Shown here in pieces: positions 1 through 13,890 of a DNA stretch of 57,605 bases. The translations under genes were made by a program, and so were the position numbers. The notes under the pieces are model-generated. The model had not been told where the DNA came from, made no database searches, and worked only from the letters and a program-made list of their open reading frames with translations. The stretch comes from Octopus bimaculoides (taxonomy: Eukaryota), in contig NC_068982.1 in the NCBI RefSeq assembly GCF_001194135.2, forward strand, positions 114,340,176 to 114,397,780, in the 5' to 3' direction. Within the stretch, counting starts at the first letter, position 1, and every line of letters starts with the position of its first letter.

Positions 1-874
1 ATATACGTACATGCATGTAAATATTATGCATATATGTTCATGATCTTCGTAATATAGAACAATAACTGCCCGAGTCACACACTGTCAGACTTCAAAAAGA
101 TCCAACAGTTGCAAGATATGCAATCTGAGAGTTGGATAGCTGTTTAATAAATTGATTCTTTTGTTCATTTCCTGGTATGGTGGGTCAATGGAATGAATGC
201 TAAAAAATAGCAACAACAAAGTTTGAAAAATTAGTATTAGCTTTAAAGCAATAATTGTAATTGTTGCAGCAGATCGATAGTATTAATACACTGGCTGTTC
301 GTCTGCGGTATCTCAGAGTTATATTGTATGCATAAAGAAAGATTCATAGACTGGTGGAATGGGGAGTAATACATATGTTACGGTCATTTCTGCAGTAACC
401 ATTTTTCATACAAGAATGCATACGCCTTCACTCATATAGGAGTATATGAATAATCGCATCGCATAACTACACAACACAAATGCAGCTGCATACACGCTTA
501 CTCTCTCGCTCTCTCTTTTTCTCCCACCCCTCCAACACACATATATAAGTGCACGCACAGTCGAAAGCATGTTAGAGATATATTTAGATTTATGTGCACG
601 CAATAGAGAACTATACATACATATTCCCGTAATTATAGACAAGCACATTTAGAAATGGGAAAATTTAGATGAAAGAATATAGTAACTATTTCTTTAAACA
701 TACACTCGTATAAATAAATACAAATTCTTTTTCTAAAAATTGAGCTCAATTTATTAACGGAGGCAAGCTGGTTGAGGCTGCTAATTTTTCTACATATATA
801 ACAAATACCAGGAAATTATGTGATTGTGTTAAAATTTGTTGTACATGTAAGTATTTATACGTGGTCATGGAGTA

Positions 875-960
875 GTTTTGTGTTGTTCATTTTGCTTTTA
901 ACCACAAGTCAGCCTTGATCGAACAGATTTATAATGAAAGGTGATCCCGTTAGAACCATC
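875..960 (-). mobile_element. Degenerate SINE 3' fragment (family D)
   Basis: Reverse complement TCTGTTCGATCAAGGCTGACTTGTGGTTAAAAGCAAAATGAACAAC resembles TCCGTTCGAGCAACACTGATCTGGTTCGACAAAATGAACAAC at ~32785-32826. Confidence 0.35.
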
Positions 961-1000
961 CATTCTTGATATAATCAAAGACAATAGTGTCCGATATGTA

Positions 1001-1880
1001 CGAGAGTGGGCTGAAAAGTTCATAGGCTGACCATAAAGGAATGATGCTAGAGCTGTAAACTCTTGCATGCATTAATTTCATCTCTACTTATTAATACCTG
1101 CAGCGTTTCTTTCCGAGTAAAGTGACATCTGACAGTTCAAAGAAGACTTTGAAAGTGACTAGTAGCGACTTCTCATGAAAATCGACAAAATTTGTCATCG
1201 TGTTATTATGAAGTACTAGTAGAAAAGGGGTTTATCCCCCTACGACATTCATGCTGACATGGTTGATACATTAGAGTATGATGCTCCAGATTTATCAACA
1301 CTGTAAAAAAAACTGGATAACTAAATTTAGGAAGGGAATAGAGAGTGTGGACATTCTATATCTGCCACCAACGAAAACACTAATCGTGTTCAACATATGG
1401 TGATAGATGATAGGCGAATGAGTATAAATCAAACAGCCAATGTTTTTAGCATGTCCCGTGAAAGAGTTGAGAATATTTTGCACAATGTACTTGGCATAAC
1501 GAAGATTTCTGTTCAGTGGGGTTTCACATCTTCAAGATCTGATCAGAAGCGCACCAACCTGATCGCATCACGGGAAAATCTGACAGTTTTTGAGGCAGAT
1601 CCAGCTAATTTGCTTGAACGTTTCTTCACCCAATTTGAGTGAAGGGTTCCTCACTTTGAGCCAAAGACCAAGAGACAATCCACCGCACCTGCTCCAAAGA
1701 AGGGCAAGGTCATTTCATATGTAGGAAAATTGATGGCCTCAGGTTTTGGAATGCAAAAGGCATTGCATTTATTGATTATCCTCAAAAAGACCATACCATC
1801 CATGAAGAGTATTATGCCAACTTGCTAAAGTAGTTGTGAAAGGCTATCAAGATCAAACGCCCAGGAAAACTGACGAAAGG
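1001..1880 (+). mobile_element. Mariner DNA transposon remnant: left TIR plus degenerate 5' two-thirds of the transposase, 3'-truncated
   Basis: TA at 999-1000 then TIR-like CGAGAGTGGGCTGAAAAGTTC. Broken frames from ATG 1175 read MKIDKICHRVIMKY**KRGLSPYDIHADMV, MVIDDRRMSINQTANVFSMSRERVENILHNVLG, HFEPKTKRQS, APKKGKV, FWNAKGIAFIDY, HTIHEEYYANLL, KIKRPGKLTKG (mariner HTH and DD34D N-terminal motifs). Confidence 0.92.
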
Positions 1881-3132
1881 AGGGAAGAAAACAACACCTA
1901 TAACCACCGGAATTCGTATAAAAGACATGAACCTTCCTCGTGCCTACATGGGAACCAGAACCCCGCAATCAGAAAATGGAAACACAGTAACACAATTCCT
2001 TTTTTAAGGAGAACATACCAAAATCACACACCAGACCCGATAAAACAAAATTTAAATGAACACACAGAACATATAGACCCGAAGATCATAAATTTGTCAA
2101 ATAGAAACCTCAACAAGAATGAGATGAACCTCCTATTAAAAGGTTTCTAGCTTACCCTGACACCCAACATTAATCTCATTGAACTGAAATCTGATATTGA
2201 ACATTACAACTGCCACCTCCGACTTATAGAATTCTTCAGCTGTAAGGATTTAAATGATGAATCAATGGTCAAAAGTAAATCCCACTTCACCCTACAAGGG
2301 AAAGGAGAAATATTTAGACGCGTATATAGACACGATTTCAAAATTTCCCCTAAATACACACAGATGCAAACAAAACCTTCGTGAAGAAGAAAAGGAAGCC
2401 TTACAAACAATGAAACCTTACAAACATTGAAGAATCCTTAAGGAAGCTTATAAGGAAGGGGCGATAGTAATCATAGACAAGGACTATTATAAAGATAAAA
2501 TATTGGAAATGTTAGTAAACCAAACCTACTAAAAGGAAGAACCAAGACACCCAGAAAAACAATAATGAATAAAATCAGAAGACTAATCAATGAATTCCAA
2601 GATTCCTTCACAGACAAGGAGAAAAATTATATATGCAACTCTGTAATCAAAGGGAGCAATTTCTGCGTATTGCCCAAAATCCACAAAAGCTCCGAAATAC
2701 AAAGTGCCATAAATAAGCAGAAGAACCAGTACGTAAAAATACTAAGGCCTGCTGACCTCAAACAAAGACCAATAGTTGCTGGACCTCAAGCACCAAGACA
2801 ACAACTAAGTCATTTTTTAGATATACTCCTAAAACCTTTGTACCATTTAATAACCAGTTATGTACGGAATGGCATAGATTTCATCCAGCACATCCCTCCC
2901 ACTGTCGCAGGAAGTACTATACTTATAGGTTTTAAGGTTACTAATTTCTGTACTAACATAGCTTAGACTTTAGACCTAGAAGCAATCAAATACTTGGTAG
3001 AAGCATAGAGGACGGATACATAAACGCTTCAAGACTGGCTTCATCACCAAAGCCACACGCCTAGTACTCGAAGAAAATATCTCTAGATTCCACAATGAAA
3101 CATATCGACAGATAAAAGGCACGGCTATGGGA
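1881..3132 (+). mobile_element. Penelope-like retroelement, degenerate N-terminal region and RT core
   Basis: IINLSNRNLNKNEMNLLLKG; GAIVIIDKDYYKDKILEML; FCVLPKIHK..RPIVAGPQAP..LSHFLDILLKPL..SYVRNGIDFI; ENISRFHNETYRQIKGTAMG (PLE RT motifs, with stops and frameshifts). Confidence 0.87.
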
Positions 3133-3265
3133 GATTTTGGAGAGAATGTTTTGGTATTGCAGATTGTTCCATGCACATTTGTAAAAGGGAAAATTTTGAA
3201 TTTTCCGTCGTTGCATATTTCCAGATGCTTACTTAATGGGATCTTGCGTAATTCCTCTTGTCGGA
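3133..3265 (-). mobile_element. Inverted fragment of a Penelope GIY-YIG endonuclease C-terminus
   Basis: Minus strand reads IRQEELRKIPLSKHLEICNDGKFKIFPF, which I recognise as the PLE endonuclease distal motif. It abuts the RT exactly after GTAMG. Confidence 0.65.
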
Positions 3266-3693
3266 TAACCCCATTTCAGTATAATGGTAAATGACTAAAT
3301 AAATAAATAATGGTGAATACGAAGGGCGACCCTACTTCTCCTCTCTCTCTCTCTCTCTCTCTCCCTCTCTCTACCTATTTATCTACCTGCCCTACTATCT
3401 ATCTATCAACCTATCTACATGTCTATCTTTCTATATATTTATCTCCATTGTCATAGAACCTCACCTAAAAAAAACAAAAACGATGTCCTCTTCTAAACAA
3501 AACCCCCCAAAAACATTTGTTTTATATAAATGAACAAACTATTTGTACATTCACAAAATACTATTTGATAAGTTCAAGAAACGAACGAAAGCGTTAATAA
3601 TAATGAACGAATAAAAAGATTTTTTTTCAAAATTCTGGCGACCTTTTTTCTCAATATTCAATATCCGTATACAACACATAACACTTTATACAG

Positions 3694-3747
<54 letters not shown>

Positions 3748-4177
3748 NNNNNNNNNNNNNNNNNNNNNNNNNNNNNNNNNNNNNNNNNNNNNNNNNNNNN
3801 NNNNNNNNNNNNNNNNNNNNNNNNNNNNNNNNNNNNNNNNNNNNNNNNNNNNNNNNNNNNNNNNNNNNNNNNNNNNNNNNNNNNNNNNNNNNNNNNNNNN
3901 NNNNNNNNNNNNNNNNNNNNNNNNNNNNNNNNNNNNNNNNNNNNNNNNNNNNNNNNNNNNNNNNNNNNNNNNNNNNNNNNNNNNNNNNNNNNNNNNNNNN
4001 NNNNNNNNNNNNNNNNNNNNNNNNNNNNNNNNNNNNNNNNNNNNNNNNNNNNNNNNNNNNNNNNNNNNNNNNNNNNNNNNNNNNNNNNNNNNNNNNNNNN
4101 NNNNNNNNNNNNNNNNNNNNNNNNNNNNNNNNNNNNNNNNNNNNNNNNNNNNNNNNNNNNNNNNTGTGTGTGTGTGT
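3694..4177. repeat. (TG)n microsatellite spanning an assembly gap (N 3748-4164)
   Basis: TG runs on both sides of the N-run. Confidence 0.95.
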
Positions 4178-4695
4178 GCGCGTGTGTATGTTCATCCATT
4201 CGTTTTGCAAGATTCCTGATGTCAAATCGTGTGTTGAAACAGATATTTTTGTATTTCGGGATGGTCATTTTATTTATTATTATTTTTACCTTTTTTGCCA
4301 AATAAATACACGCACTATATTATTGTGTTGTAGTTGAGAATCTTTGTGTCATTATTGTTGTCATGTTTATTCAGGTTCCAACGAATTTTTGCGAATGCTT
4401 TTTCTACTTCGAAGAGAGAACGTATTATATTTACCTTTCTTTATACGGTGAACTTCGGTGGTAGTCGGAGTGTGGACCGTTCTTCCGAGGTGATTGTTGT
4501 ATCTCAATAGATGTTCACATTATTGTCCCTGCAGAATTCAGCCGTTAGTGAGGTGTCTGTCATATATATCCCATCAATCTTATCCGAGTACTTCCGTTTT
4601 TCTTCCTACTTTATATAGTACGCTTTGTTTTTATTTGGCAAAAAAAAAATAATAATGAATTAAGTGCTTATCTCGAAATACATCAATATAAATAT

Positions 4696-4698
4696 ATG

Positions 4699-4743
<45 letters not shown>

Positions 4744-5713
4744 NNNNNNNNNNNNNNNNNNNNNNNNNNNNNNNNNNNNNNNNNNNNNNNNNNNNNNNNN
4801 NNNNNNNNNNNNNNNNNNNNNNNNNNNNNNNNNNNNNNNNNNNNNNNNNNNNNNNNNNNNNNNNNNNNNNNNNNNNNNNNNNNNNNNNNNNNNNNNNNNN
4901 NNNNNNNNNNNNNNNNNNNNNNNNNNNNNNNNNNNNNNNNNNNNNNNNNNNNNNNNNNNNNNNNNNNNNNNNNNNNNNNNNNNNNNNNNNNNNNNNNNNN
5001 NNNNNNNNNNNNNNNNNNNNNNNNNNNNNNNNNNNNNNNNNNNNNNNNNNNNNNNNNNNNNNNNNNNNNNNNNNNNNNNNNNNNNNNNNNNNNNNNNNNN
5101 NNNNNNNNNNNNNNNNNNNNNNNNNNNNNNNNNNNNNNNNNNNNNNNNNNNNNNNNNNNNNNNNNNNNNNNNNNNNNNNNNNNNNNNNNNNNNNNNNNNN
5201 NNNNNNNNNNNNNNNNNNNNNNNNNNNNNNNNNNNNNNNNNNNNNNNNNNNNNNNNNNNNNNNNNNNNNNNNNNNNNNNNNNNNNNNNNNNNNNNNNNNN
5301 NNNNNNNNNNNNNNNNNNNNNNNNNNNNNNNNNNNNNNNNNNNNNNNNNNNNNNNNNNNNNNNNNNNNNNNNNNNNNNNNNNNNNNNNNNNNNNNNNNNN
5401 NNNNNNNNNNNNNNNNNNNNNNNNNNNNNNNNNNNNNNNNNNNNNNNNNNNNNNNNNNNNNNNNNNNNNNNNNNNNNNNNNNNNNNNNNNNNNNNNNNNN
5501 NNNNNNNNNNNNNNNNNNNNNNNNNNNNNNNNNNNNNNNNNNNNNNNNNNNNNNNNNNNNNNNNNNNNNNNNNNNNNNNNNNNNNNNNNNNNNNNNNNNN
5601 NNNNNNNNNNNNNNNNNNNNNNNNNNNNNNNNNNNNNNNNNNNNNNNNNNNNNNNNNNNNNNNNNNNNNNNNNNNNNNNNNNNNNNNNNNNNNNNNNNNN
5701 NNNNTATATATAT
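4696..5713. repeat. (TA)n/(TG)n microsatellite flanking an assembly gap (N 4744-5704)
   Basis: Directly visible. Confidence 0.9.
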
Positions 5714-6908
5714 AACAATACAGGAGGTCTATTTCCATTGGTATGTATATACAAAGACACGTGACGAACCCGCATATTATTTCTTATTATCCTCTGTCCT
5801 CAGCTAGCTCCTTATTCTGAAGCATATGTATATTGAGTCCTAACACCAGATTATTAGTGTCGCTATGCCTAAGTGAAATATTGAAATATAATACACACGC
5901 ATAATATAATACACACATATCGACGGAGAAAGAGAGAGAATGAGAGAGTGAGTGAGAGAGATCTATGGAGAACGAGAAGAAATTACTTTTAGTATACAAT
6001 ATACAACTATTATTCTTCATAAACATTTCTAAGTGGCATTTTAGATTTCCTTTGGCATATTTATCCAAGATTAATCTCACCTCTATGCGTTAGCATTAGT
6101 AAAGATCTAATTTAAAATGTTATTACCAACGTGTCAGAAGCTAACAGATTTATGGTTTCGATGAAAGACCTAAACTACCGCACAACTAATAAATTATACA
6201 AAGTATTAATGTGTGTCCCTGTGTGTGCGCGTATGTGTCTGCTTTGTTTTTGCTTTATTTAAAGAAAACAATATTCGTTTTATAAGCAGATGGAAAAATA
6301 TATTATTCAGATGATTTCCTCAGATATTTGCAGGAAGTGTCCACACAGGCATTTAAGACGACAGCAAATGTATACACCATTTCCAAAGAGTACTGTGGAG
6401 GTATTTTCCTGAATGCAGTACGGCAAGACGTAGGATTTATATAGACGTCTCACTTCAATCTTCTCGTAGCTTTGGGCCGCTTTGTTTTCGATCATTGTGT
6501 ATCCAATTACTATTTATAGAAACTTATCATAGGAAGCTGTCTTTAAATATTGGTTGAATGAAGTTGCAAAATCATCTAAAATTATTGTAATGTTACTGCA
6601 AGATGACTATATGTGATTTTTATATATATATATATATATATATTGATATATTTAAGATTCATTCATAAGTATCAGATTCATTGTTTATGTCATATAGACA
6701 TTGGTTATTTTCTCGACACTCATATTTCTGTTGGAAAACACTCTCAATCAATAAATTATTCAATTAGACAAATTTAGACGTGCCTTGTAAAGGCCCACAT
6801 GTATTTGATTACTTCAAATTTATCCAAACACCACGCGCGCATGCACACACACACACACACTCATAAACACAAGCACACATACACACACGCGTGTATATAT
6901 ATCTTTCA

Positions 6909-7305
6909 TCTTTTACTTGTTTCAGTCATTAGACTGTGGCCATGCTGTGTTACCGCCTTGAAGAATCGATCCCAGTGCTTACTTTATTTTTTTTTTCTTT
7001 GTTAGGCCTAGTGCTTATTCTATCGTCCCTTTTGCTGAACCGTTAAAATACGTGGACGGAGACACACCGGTATCGACTGTGAAGTGGTGGTGGTGGTGGT
7101 GGGGACAAACACAGATATATACATCAGATATATATATATATATATATACGACGAGCTTCTTTCAGTTTCCGTCTACCAAATTCACTCACAAGGCTTTGGC
7201 TGACTTGAGGCTATAGTGAGCGACAATTGTGCGAGGTACCACACAGTGGAACTAAACCCTGAGCCATGTGGTTGAGAAGCAAGCTTCTTACCACGGAGCC
7301 ATGTC
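6909..7305 (-). mobile_element. tRNA-derived SINE family B, full length, internal (TA)n
   Basis: Aligns end to end with copies at 27084, 30339, 36495 and 52830: head (GTGGTAAGAAGCTTGCT..GGTTYAGTYCC), CORE-like ACCTYGSRCAAGTGTC segment, internal microsatellite, CATGGCC..GACTGAAACAAGTAAAAGA tail. Confidence 0.9.
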
Positions 7306-8199
7306 TGCACCTCTCTATATAATAATGTTCTTTTTCATATTCAGTTATAATAAAAACAATTTTACATTAATCTGAAGGATTACTCCATACTTTTGTAGAG
7401 TACAAATTTATTATTCTTTAAAAATAGCATTGGCAGTGACTTCGAATTTTCGGCCAGCTAAACTATCCTTGGACTATGATGCATTTGAGTTAATCCTGGC
7501 TTTATATAATTTCTGTTGAGATAGGTTGTGATGGAGAGGTGTTATGGAGAAATTTGCATTGATTAAATTAGGGGTTATCTTACAGTTCAGAATTTATTCA
7601 TGCGTACAGAACTTTGTAAAAAGGCGCTTATATTTAGGCGTGTCATCTATAGGTCACGAGATAGTTTCTTTAGGAGTTAGCAAAAGAAAGTAGGTTGGAG
7701 GAATTTGTGAACTCTTAAAAATTCAATTACAAAAGTAGCTGACACACCTAATTGTAAAAGTCTTAAATGCTGGCTTACACTTTGAACTTTAACTTTTACA
7801 TTCCCAAAGCATAGGATTAAGTCCAATAGAACCCACAATAATGAAAATTTGAGACATATCTGCTGACCAACATATTCCTGTTACCTACCTACATTCTTTT
7901 GTGAGTCACTAAAAAACCAATTCCATGACCTGAAGCTGACACTCCTATATATACACACCTGTTTACAAAGTTCAACTCGCATGAATAAATTCTGAACACT
8001 AACATAACTCCAAATTTAATCAATAAAAAATTTCTACACAACACCTCTCCATTTCAACCTACCCTACGACTTAATTACCATTCAAAAGAACTCCATCTAC
8101 CCGAAGAAATTTTATCGCCACAGTCCGAAGGTGGCTTAGCTGACTGAAACTTCCAAGTCACTGTCAATACTATTCTTGTTAAAGAACAATAAAATTCGG

Positions 8200-8226
8200 A
8201 GAGAGAGAGACAGAGAGAGACACAGA

Positions 8227-8272
<46 letters not shown>

Positions 8273-8993
8273 CAGAGAGAGAGACAGAGAGACAGAGAGA
8301 GACAGAGACAGAGACAGAGACAGACAGACAGACAGANNNNNNNNNNNNNNNNNNNNNNNNNNNNNNNNNNNNNNNNNNNNNNNNNNNNNNNNNNNNNNNN
8401 NNNNNNNNNNNNNNNNNNNNNNNNNNNNNNNNNNNNNNNNNNNNNNNNNNNNNNNNNNNNNNNNNNNNNNNNNNNNNNNNNNNNNNNNNNNNNNNNNNNN
8501 NNNNNNNNNNNNNNNNNNNNNNNNNNNNNNNNNNNNNNNNNNNNNNNNNNNNNNNNNNNNNNNNNNNNNNNNNNNNNNNNNNNNNNNNNNNNNNNNNNNN
8601 NNNNNNNNNNNNNNNNNNNNNNNNNNNNNNNNNNNNNNNNNNNNNNNNNNNNNNNNNNNNNNNNNNNNNNNNNNNNNNNNNNNNNNNNNNNNNNNNNNNN
8701 NNNNNNNNNNNNNNNNNNNNNNNNNNNNNNNNNNNNNNNNNNNNNNNNNNNNNNNNNNNNNNNNNNNNNNNNNNNNNNNNNNNNNNNNNNNNNNNNNNNN
8801 NNNNNNNNNNNNNNNNNNNNNNNNNNNNNNNNNNNNNNNNNNNNNNNNNNNNNNNNNNNNNNNNAGAGAGAGAGAGAGAGAAAAGAGAGAGAAAAGAGAG
8901 AGAGAGAGAAAAGAGAGAGAAAAGAGAGAGAGAGAGAAAAGAGAGAGAAAAGAGAGAGAGAGAGAGAAAAGAGAGAGAAAAGAGAGAGAGAGA
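8200..8993. repeat. (AG)n/(AGAC)n compound microsatellite across a gap (N 8337-8864)
   Basis: Directly visible; the right part has recurring GAGAGAAAA units. Confidence 0.95.
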
Positions 8994-9659
8994 ATATTCA
9001 ACTGTGGACAAATCAAACTGAAATCCATTGTGTCGCACATATGGAAGTACACAATGCATAATACCGAGGATACATTCTTGTGTTTCTGCGTGATGCACGT
9101 GTGTAAAATAACACTGACGCTATGCCCATCATCATCTGGACAGATACAACGCCATTTCTTCAAAGGTACCAGTTTACACACCGACATCTATGCCAAAAAC
9201 ATACCATGTGTTACAAATTTTGTTGCGTAGAAAAGTGTTCTTATTGTATCCATTGAGTCTGTACTTACACAAATCTCTTACTGCGTAATTTAAATTATTT
9301 ACCCTAAGTTGTTGATCGATATCGTACAGAACCTACAGACCAGAGACTATTTCTCCGAAGAAAATGTTTCGGATGTGTTTACGATATCTCGTTGTATATA
9401 AACAGGTGTATATAAACAGGTGCATTTGAAGAAAGGAATCTTTAGTTGCTTGGCTGGTGACGGGTATACCACATATGCTATTGCACACACACAGGTATGT
9501 CGCAGAGACACAAGTCGGTGTTACGGAGTAATACATACATAAATACATATATGCTTGCGTGCGTGTATGTATGTATGAAAGCGTGTATGTACAGTATATG
9601 TATATGCATGTAAAATATATATGCGCGCGCATGCGTGTGTAGGCTTGTATGTGTGTGCG

Positions 9660-9696
<37 letters not shown>

Positions 9697-9711
9697 TAGA
9701 TAGGTAGTTAA

Positions 9712-9943
9712 GAGGGCGAGCTGGCAGAAACGTTAGCACGCCGGACGAAATGCTTAGCGGTATTTCGTCTGCCGTTACGTTCTGAGTTCAAATTCCGCCG
9801 AGGTCGACTTTGCCTTTGATCCTTTCGGGGTCGATAAATTAAGTACCAGTTACGCACTCGGGTCGATTTAATCAACTTAATCCGTTTGTCTGTCCATGTT
9901 TGTCCTCTCTACGTTTAGCCCCTTGTGGTCAATAAAGAAATAA
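9712..9943 (+). mobile_element. tRNA-derived SINE family A, full length
   Basis: A-box-like TGGCAGAAACG, B-box GAGTTCAAATTCC; near-identical to copies at 14237, 37395 and 56535; ends AATAAAGAAATAAG. Confidence 0.92.
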
Positions 9944-11983
9944 GATAGATAGATAGATGTGTGTGCACGAGTTTGTGTGTGTTTGTGTGTGTGTGTGTGT
10001 AACACTTCAGATCTCTGCTTTTAGCATTACATTTCATTTATTTCAGAAAATATTCTTACAAAGACTAAATGTCATTCTGATATCAGAATTCCCCAGGAAG
10101 CTGCATTTAACTTTTCTGCATTATTTCTTTCGAATGAATTGTACGTCTTTTACACGACTACTTTCTGGTTCTTTAACAACCTTTCAACAGTAGACACTTC
10201 ACTCATATTTATTTTACGCAATACATTCTAGCTATTCAAATAAATTTATGAAGAGCTTAGGGGATCTATATTGAGAGATCATTTATGTATAAAATAGTCT
10301 TACTATGACTCATCACACAATAGCTTCACATGTTAAAAAGTTACTTTATCATTCTGTATCGTGAGCGTTTAAATATACTACAGAAAGATGGAACGATATT
10401 AGTTTAAAAGAGAAAGCAATATATAATGCTTAACAGTGTTATTGTATTCACAGAGTTCGTGCGATTATGATGAGTGTATGTCTGTGTGCATACATATGTA
10501 CGACTATTTACTGATACAGTGTTTTGTGTATACCAAATGATATCGAAAGCAGCAGCGTTTTAATTTCAGCAACATCGACTGTAGGGAATATAGTATTTCT
10601 AATAACGCTTGGTTGCTGAGGGACAAGGAATTGTAGAGTTGGAAAGACAAATGAGAAAGATAATTTAAGCGATGTACGTTATTATTATTATTATTTTCTG
10701 GGGGGGGGGNNNNNNNNNNNNNNNNNNNNNNNNNNNNNNNNNNNNNNNNNNNNNNNNNNNNNNNNNNNNNNNNNNNNNNNNNNNNNNNNNNNNNNNNNNN
10801 NNNNNNNNNNNNNNNNNNNNNNNNNNNNNNNNNNNNNNNNNNNNNNNNNNNNNNNNNNNNNNNNNNNNNNNNNNNNNNNNNNNNNNNNNNNNNNNNNNNN
10901 NNNNNNNNNNNNNNNNNNNNNNNNNNNNNNNNNNNNNNNNNNNNNNNNNNNNNNNNNNNNNNNNNNNNNNNNNNNNNNNNNNNNNNNNNNNNNNNNNNNN
11001 NNNNNNNNNNNNNNNNNNNNNNNNNNNNNNNNNNNNNNNNNNNNNNNNNNNNNNNNNNNNNNNNNNNNNNNNNNNNNNNNNNNNNNNNNNNNNNNNNNNN
11101 NNNNNNNNNNNNNNNNNNNNNNNNNNNNNNNNNNNNNNNNNNNNNNNNNNNNNNNNNNNNNNNNNNNNNNNNNNNNNNNNNNNNNNNNNNNNNNNNNNNN
11201 NNNNNNNNNNNNNNNNNNNNNNNNNNNNNNNNNNNNNNNNNNNNNNNNNNNNNNNNNNNNNNNNNNNNNNNNNNNNNNNNNNNNNNNNNNNNNNNNNNNN
11301 NNNNNNNNNNNNNNNNNNNNNNNTGTGTGTGTGTGTGTGTGTGTGTAAATATGTGTGTATGTGTGTGTGCACACACCTATCTATCTATATATATATATAT
11401 AAATATATATGTATAAATATGTGTGTGTATATATATATACATGTATATATATATACATATATATCGTGGTGGAGTTAAGCTAGAGTCTAGCAATCTTTTC
11501 TCATCTAACATGCTACAACAACCTTCCAAACAATCCAGAGAATACTGTGGTGTACAACATAGAACAATTTCGAGTTAAAATTGAGTAGTTGTAGAACTGG
11601 GGCTAACTATAATCAGTTAGGTTAGGTAGAGCACAGTAGATATTGATTTTTAACAGATCATACATACTTGGAGAAAACAGACAGAACTTGGTTTCTTTTT
11701 CAATATTTAGTGGGAAGAAAAAGAGACCACGAAGGAGCCTTTAAATTGTTTCTTGACTGGCATAAAATAGCAGTGAAATTATGCGATGCTCTCTTAAAAT
11801 AAGAATGACACATTGTAAACTTAATTAGACAATACGACGGTAAAGTCACGATTGCAACACCTTTAATTTTAGGTCTGTCCTATCGAGGTACGCATGATGT
11901 GAAACAACTACGGTTTTACGATTGAGATGACGAGCGTGATCAAGATGTATCAGGTACACTTTATTTAGATGGTATGAAACGTC

Positions 11984-12020
11984 TTAGTTCAGAGAGTGGA
12001 GTCGTTTTAGTAAACTAACT
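11984..12020 (-). CDS. Candidate terminal exon of an unidentified minus-strand gene: (R)VSLLKRLHSLN*
   Basis: Strong acceptor TTCTCTCTCTGTCTTTTCTAG (AG at 12021-12022); phase 2 matches the 12732 donor; AATAAA ~25 nt past the stop; no homology recognised. Confidence 0.3.
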
Positions 12021-12154
12021 CTAGAAAAGACAGAGAGAGAACAATCCTCTATTAGCTGGTATAATAGTGTTTTTGGCAAGGAAGCTTTTACCAATCAATC
12101 TTTATGTTTAGATGTAGTCTATGATGTTTCTGTGCATGTTGTAGAATCCTCCTC

Positions 12155-12190
<36 letters not shown>

Positions 12191-12200
12191 NNNNNNNNNN

Positions 12201-12234
<34 letters not shown>

Positions 12235-12731
12235 GCACAAAGTTCAAATAAGTTATCATTATCTTTAAAAACTTAATAATAAAGTGACCAGCAAACACAA
12301 TCCAAATATGCAAAATATATATTAAAAGTCAAGGTACAATATGCACCTGTTTGCTTGAAAAGAGAGTTAAAACTATCCAAAACATTGATGACCTTGAAGT
12401 GTTGGCCCGACAGAGAAAGCGAAATCAATTGATACTAGAATGTCTGCACGCCTATTTGTATTTTTATAAATGGAAAGACTATTTCTAAATATATTTGCTA
12501 TATTCTCTGTGCGTGTTTCTCATATATATATGAGAAATACTAGATTCTTTTGTTGTTTTTAGTAACTTCGAGCGTTTAGTTTTGTCATACGAGAACAGGT
12601 GTGTGTTAGGAAGACTGTTTCCTTCACATCTGCTGTGATAATTGTTTCCAAAGCCTCTGTTCATGAAAACAATGCAAAACTACATAATGTGCCAGGCAAG
12701 ACAAAGTAACAGTGTTTCTGTGTTTATGTAC

Positions 12732-12859
12732 CTCTCACTAGTACTCCTACGCAGATACGCCGCGACACGACTTTCACTCTCTCTACATCTCTTTTCTTCA
12801 CCCGTTTGTATTTCGGACACGGGGATATTTTCTTCATGCATTATTATTGAGGGCGACAT
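12732..12859 (-). CDS. Candidate internal exon (128 nt, phase 0 to 2): MSPSIIMHEENIPVSEIQTGEEKRCRESESRVAAYLRRSTSE
   Basis: Acceptor ATTAATTTCCAG, donor GAG|GTACAT, only one open frame, GAA-rich composition. Confidence 0.4.
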
Positions 12860-13744
12860 CTGGAAATTAATCTGGAATTTGGGCAAAGGTTCGATATGAA
12901 ATGGCAACGTTAATCCAGTACACAGGAACACCGACCTTTATACATATGAATGTGTGTGAATATAAGACTAAGCGCGCGCGCGTGTATGTGTGTGTGTGTG
13001 TGTGTGGTGTCGTGTTGCTATCTTTTAACTGTAAGAAGGCATTATTTAGCAAGACTGATCATTATCCAATCAGGGTCATCCGTCTTTTGTGAGGAAGCTA
13101 AGATTACACTGACCAAAATGTTTTTCTCCATTTCAGACGCCAGCATGTGATCTGAAACAATTTCGACTATTATTTCTTTTAGGTCTATCGACCAAGTAGA
13201 TGCTCTCCCATTGGTTGGTTTTTGTATTTTAGTGTAGTGTAGAATAACATTGACTGAATCAGCAGTCATTTCACACTAAACTTTCACACTGTGGAGCAAT
13301 TAAAAATGTGATTTAAGTTGAAAATACAAATATGAGCTGAAGGTATTTCTTTTTATATATTAAATATCTTTTGGTTTGTGGAAATTTCCGATATTTACTG
13401 ATAAATTGCCTTTAATGATAACATTATTGACGAAATGGTAATTTTTTTTTTTTTTAATGATGGATTCTCAAATCAATCTAGTTAATTTTCCTTCAAATGG
13501 CAGTTTTCGCTCCAGTACGTCCAATCCTAGGATAAATTATTTCAGAGAAATGAGCAGCAATCACATGCAATATGTGATAAATAATTTCTTAAGTATCACA
13601 CGACAAATTTTATGATACGTTTGCTACATGCTCAACATAGAAACGAACTATTCAGCTTATTTTTAAAGTTCTTTTGGCTTCCTATTTAACATAACGTTGC
13701 TTTATAAGTCTTACTATGATGAGTGCAAGAATGGCTATAGGGAC

Positions 13745-13890
13745 AACAGCTTCCCTTTGCAACTACTGGATTCCTGGTTCGATCGTAATGGGCAGCAACT
13801 TTGGCAGGTCTCTTTTACCGTAGCTTCGAGTCGACTAAAACCATCTAATTAAAATTTAATAAGCACGAACTTTGTAAAAGTCTGTCGGAG
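13745..13890 (+). mobile_element. Old degenerate SINE family B 5' half
   Basis: TTGCAACTACTGGATTCCTGGTTCGATC..AACTTTGGCAGGTCTCTTTTACCGTAGCTTCGAGTCGACTAAAACC aligns loosely to the family B head. Confidence 0.5.

Noticed and set aside
10520-10675. Plus frame with an in-frame TGA after GC (possible selenocysteine)
   Set aside because: No selenoprotein homology or SECIS recognised; a chance stop in AT-rich DNA is more likely
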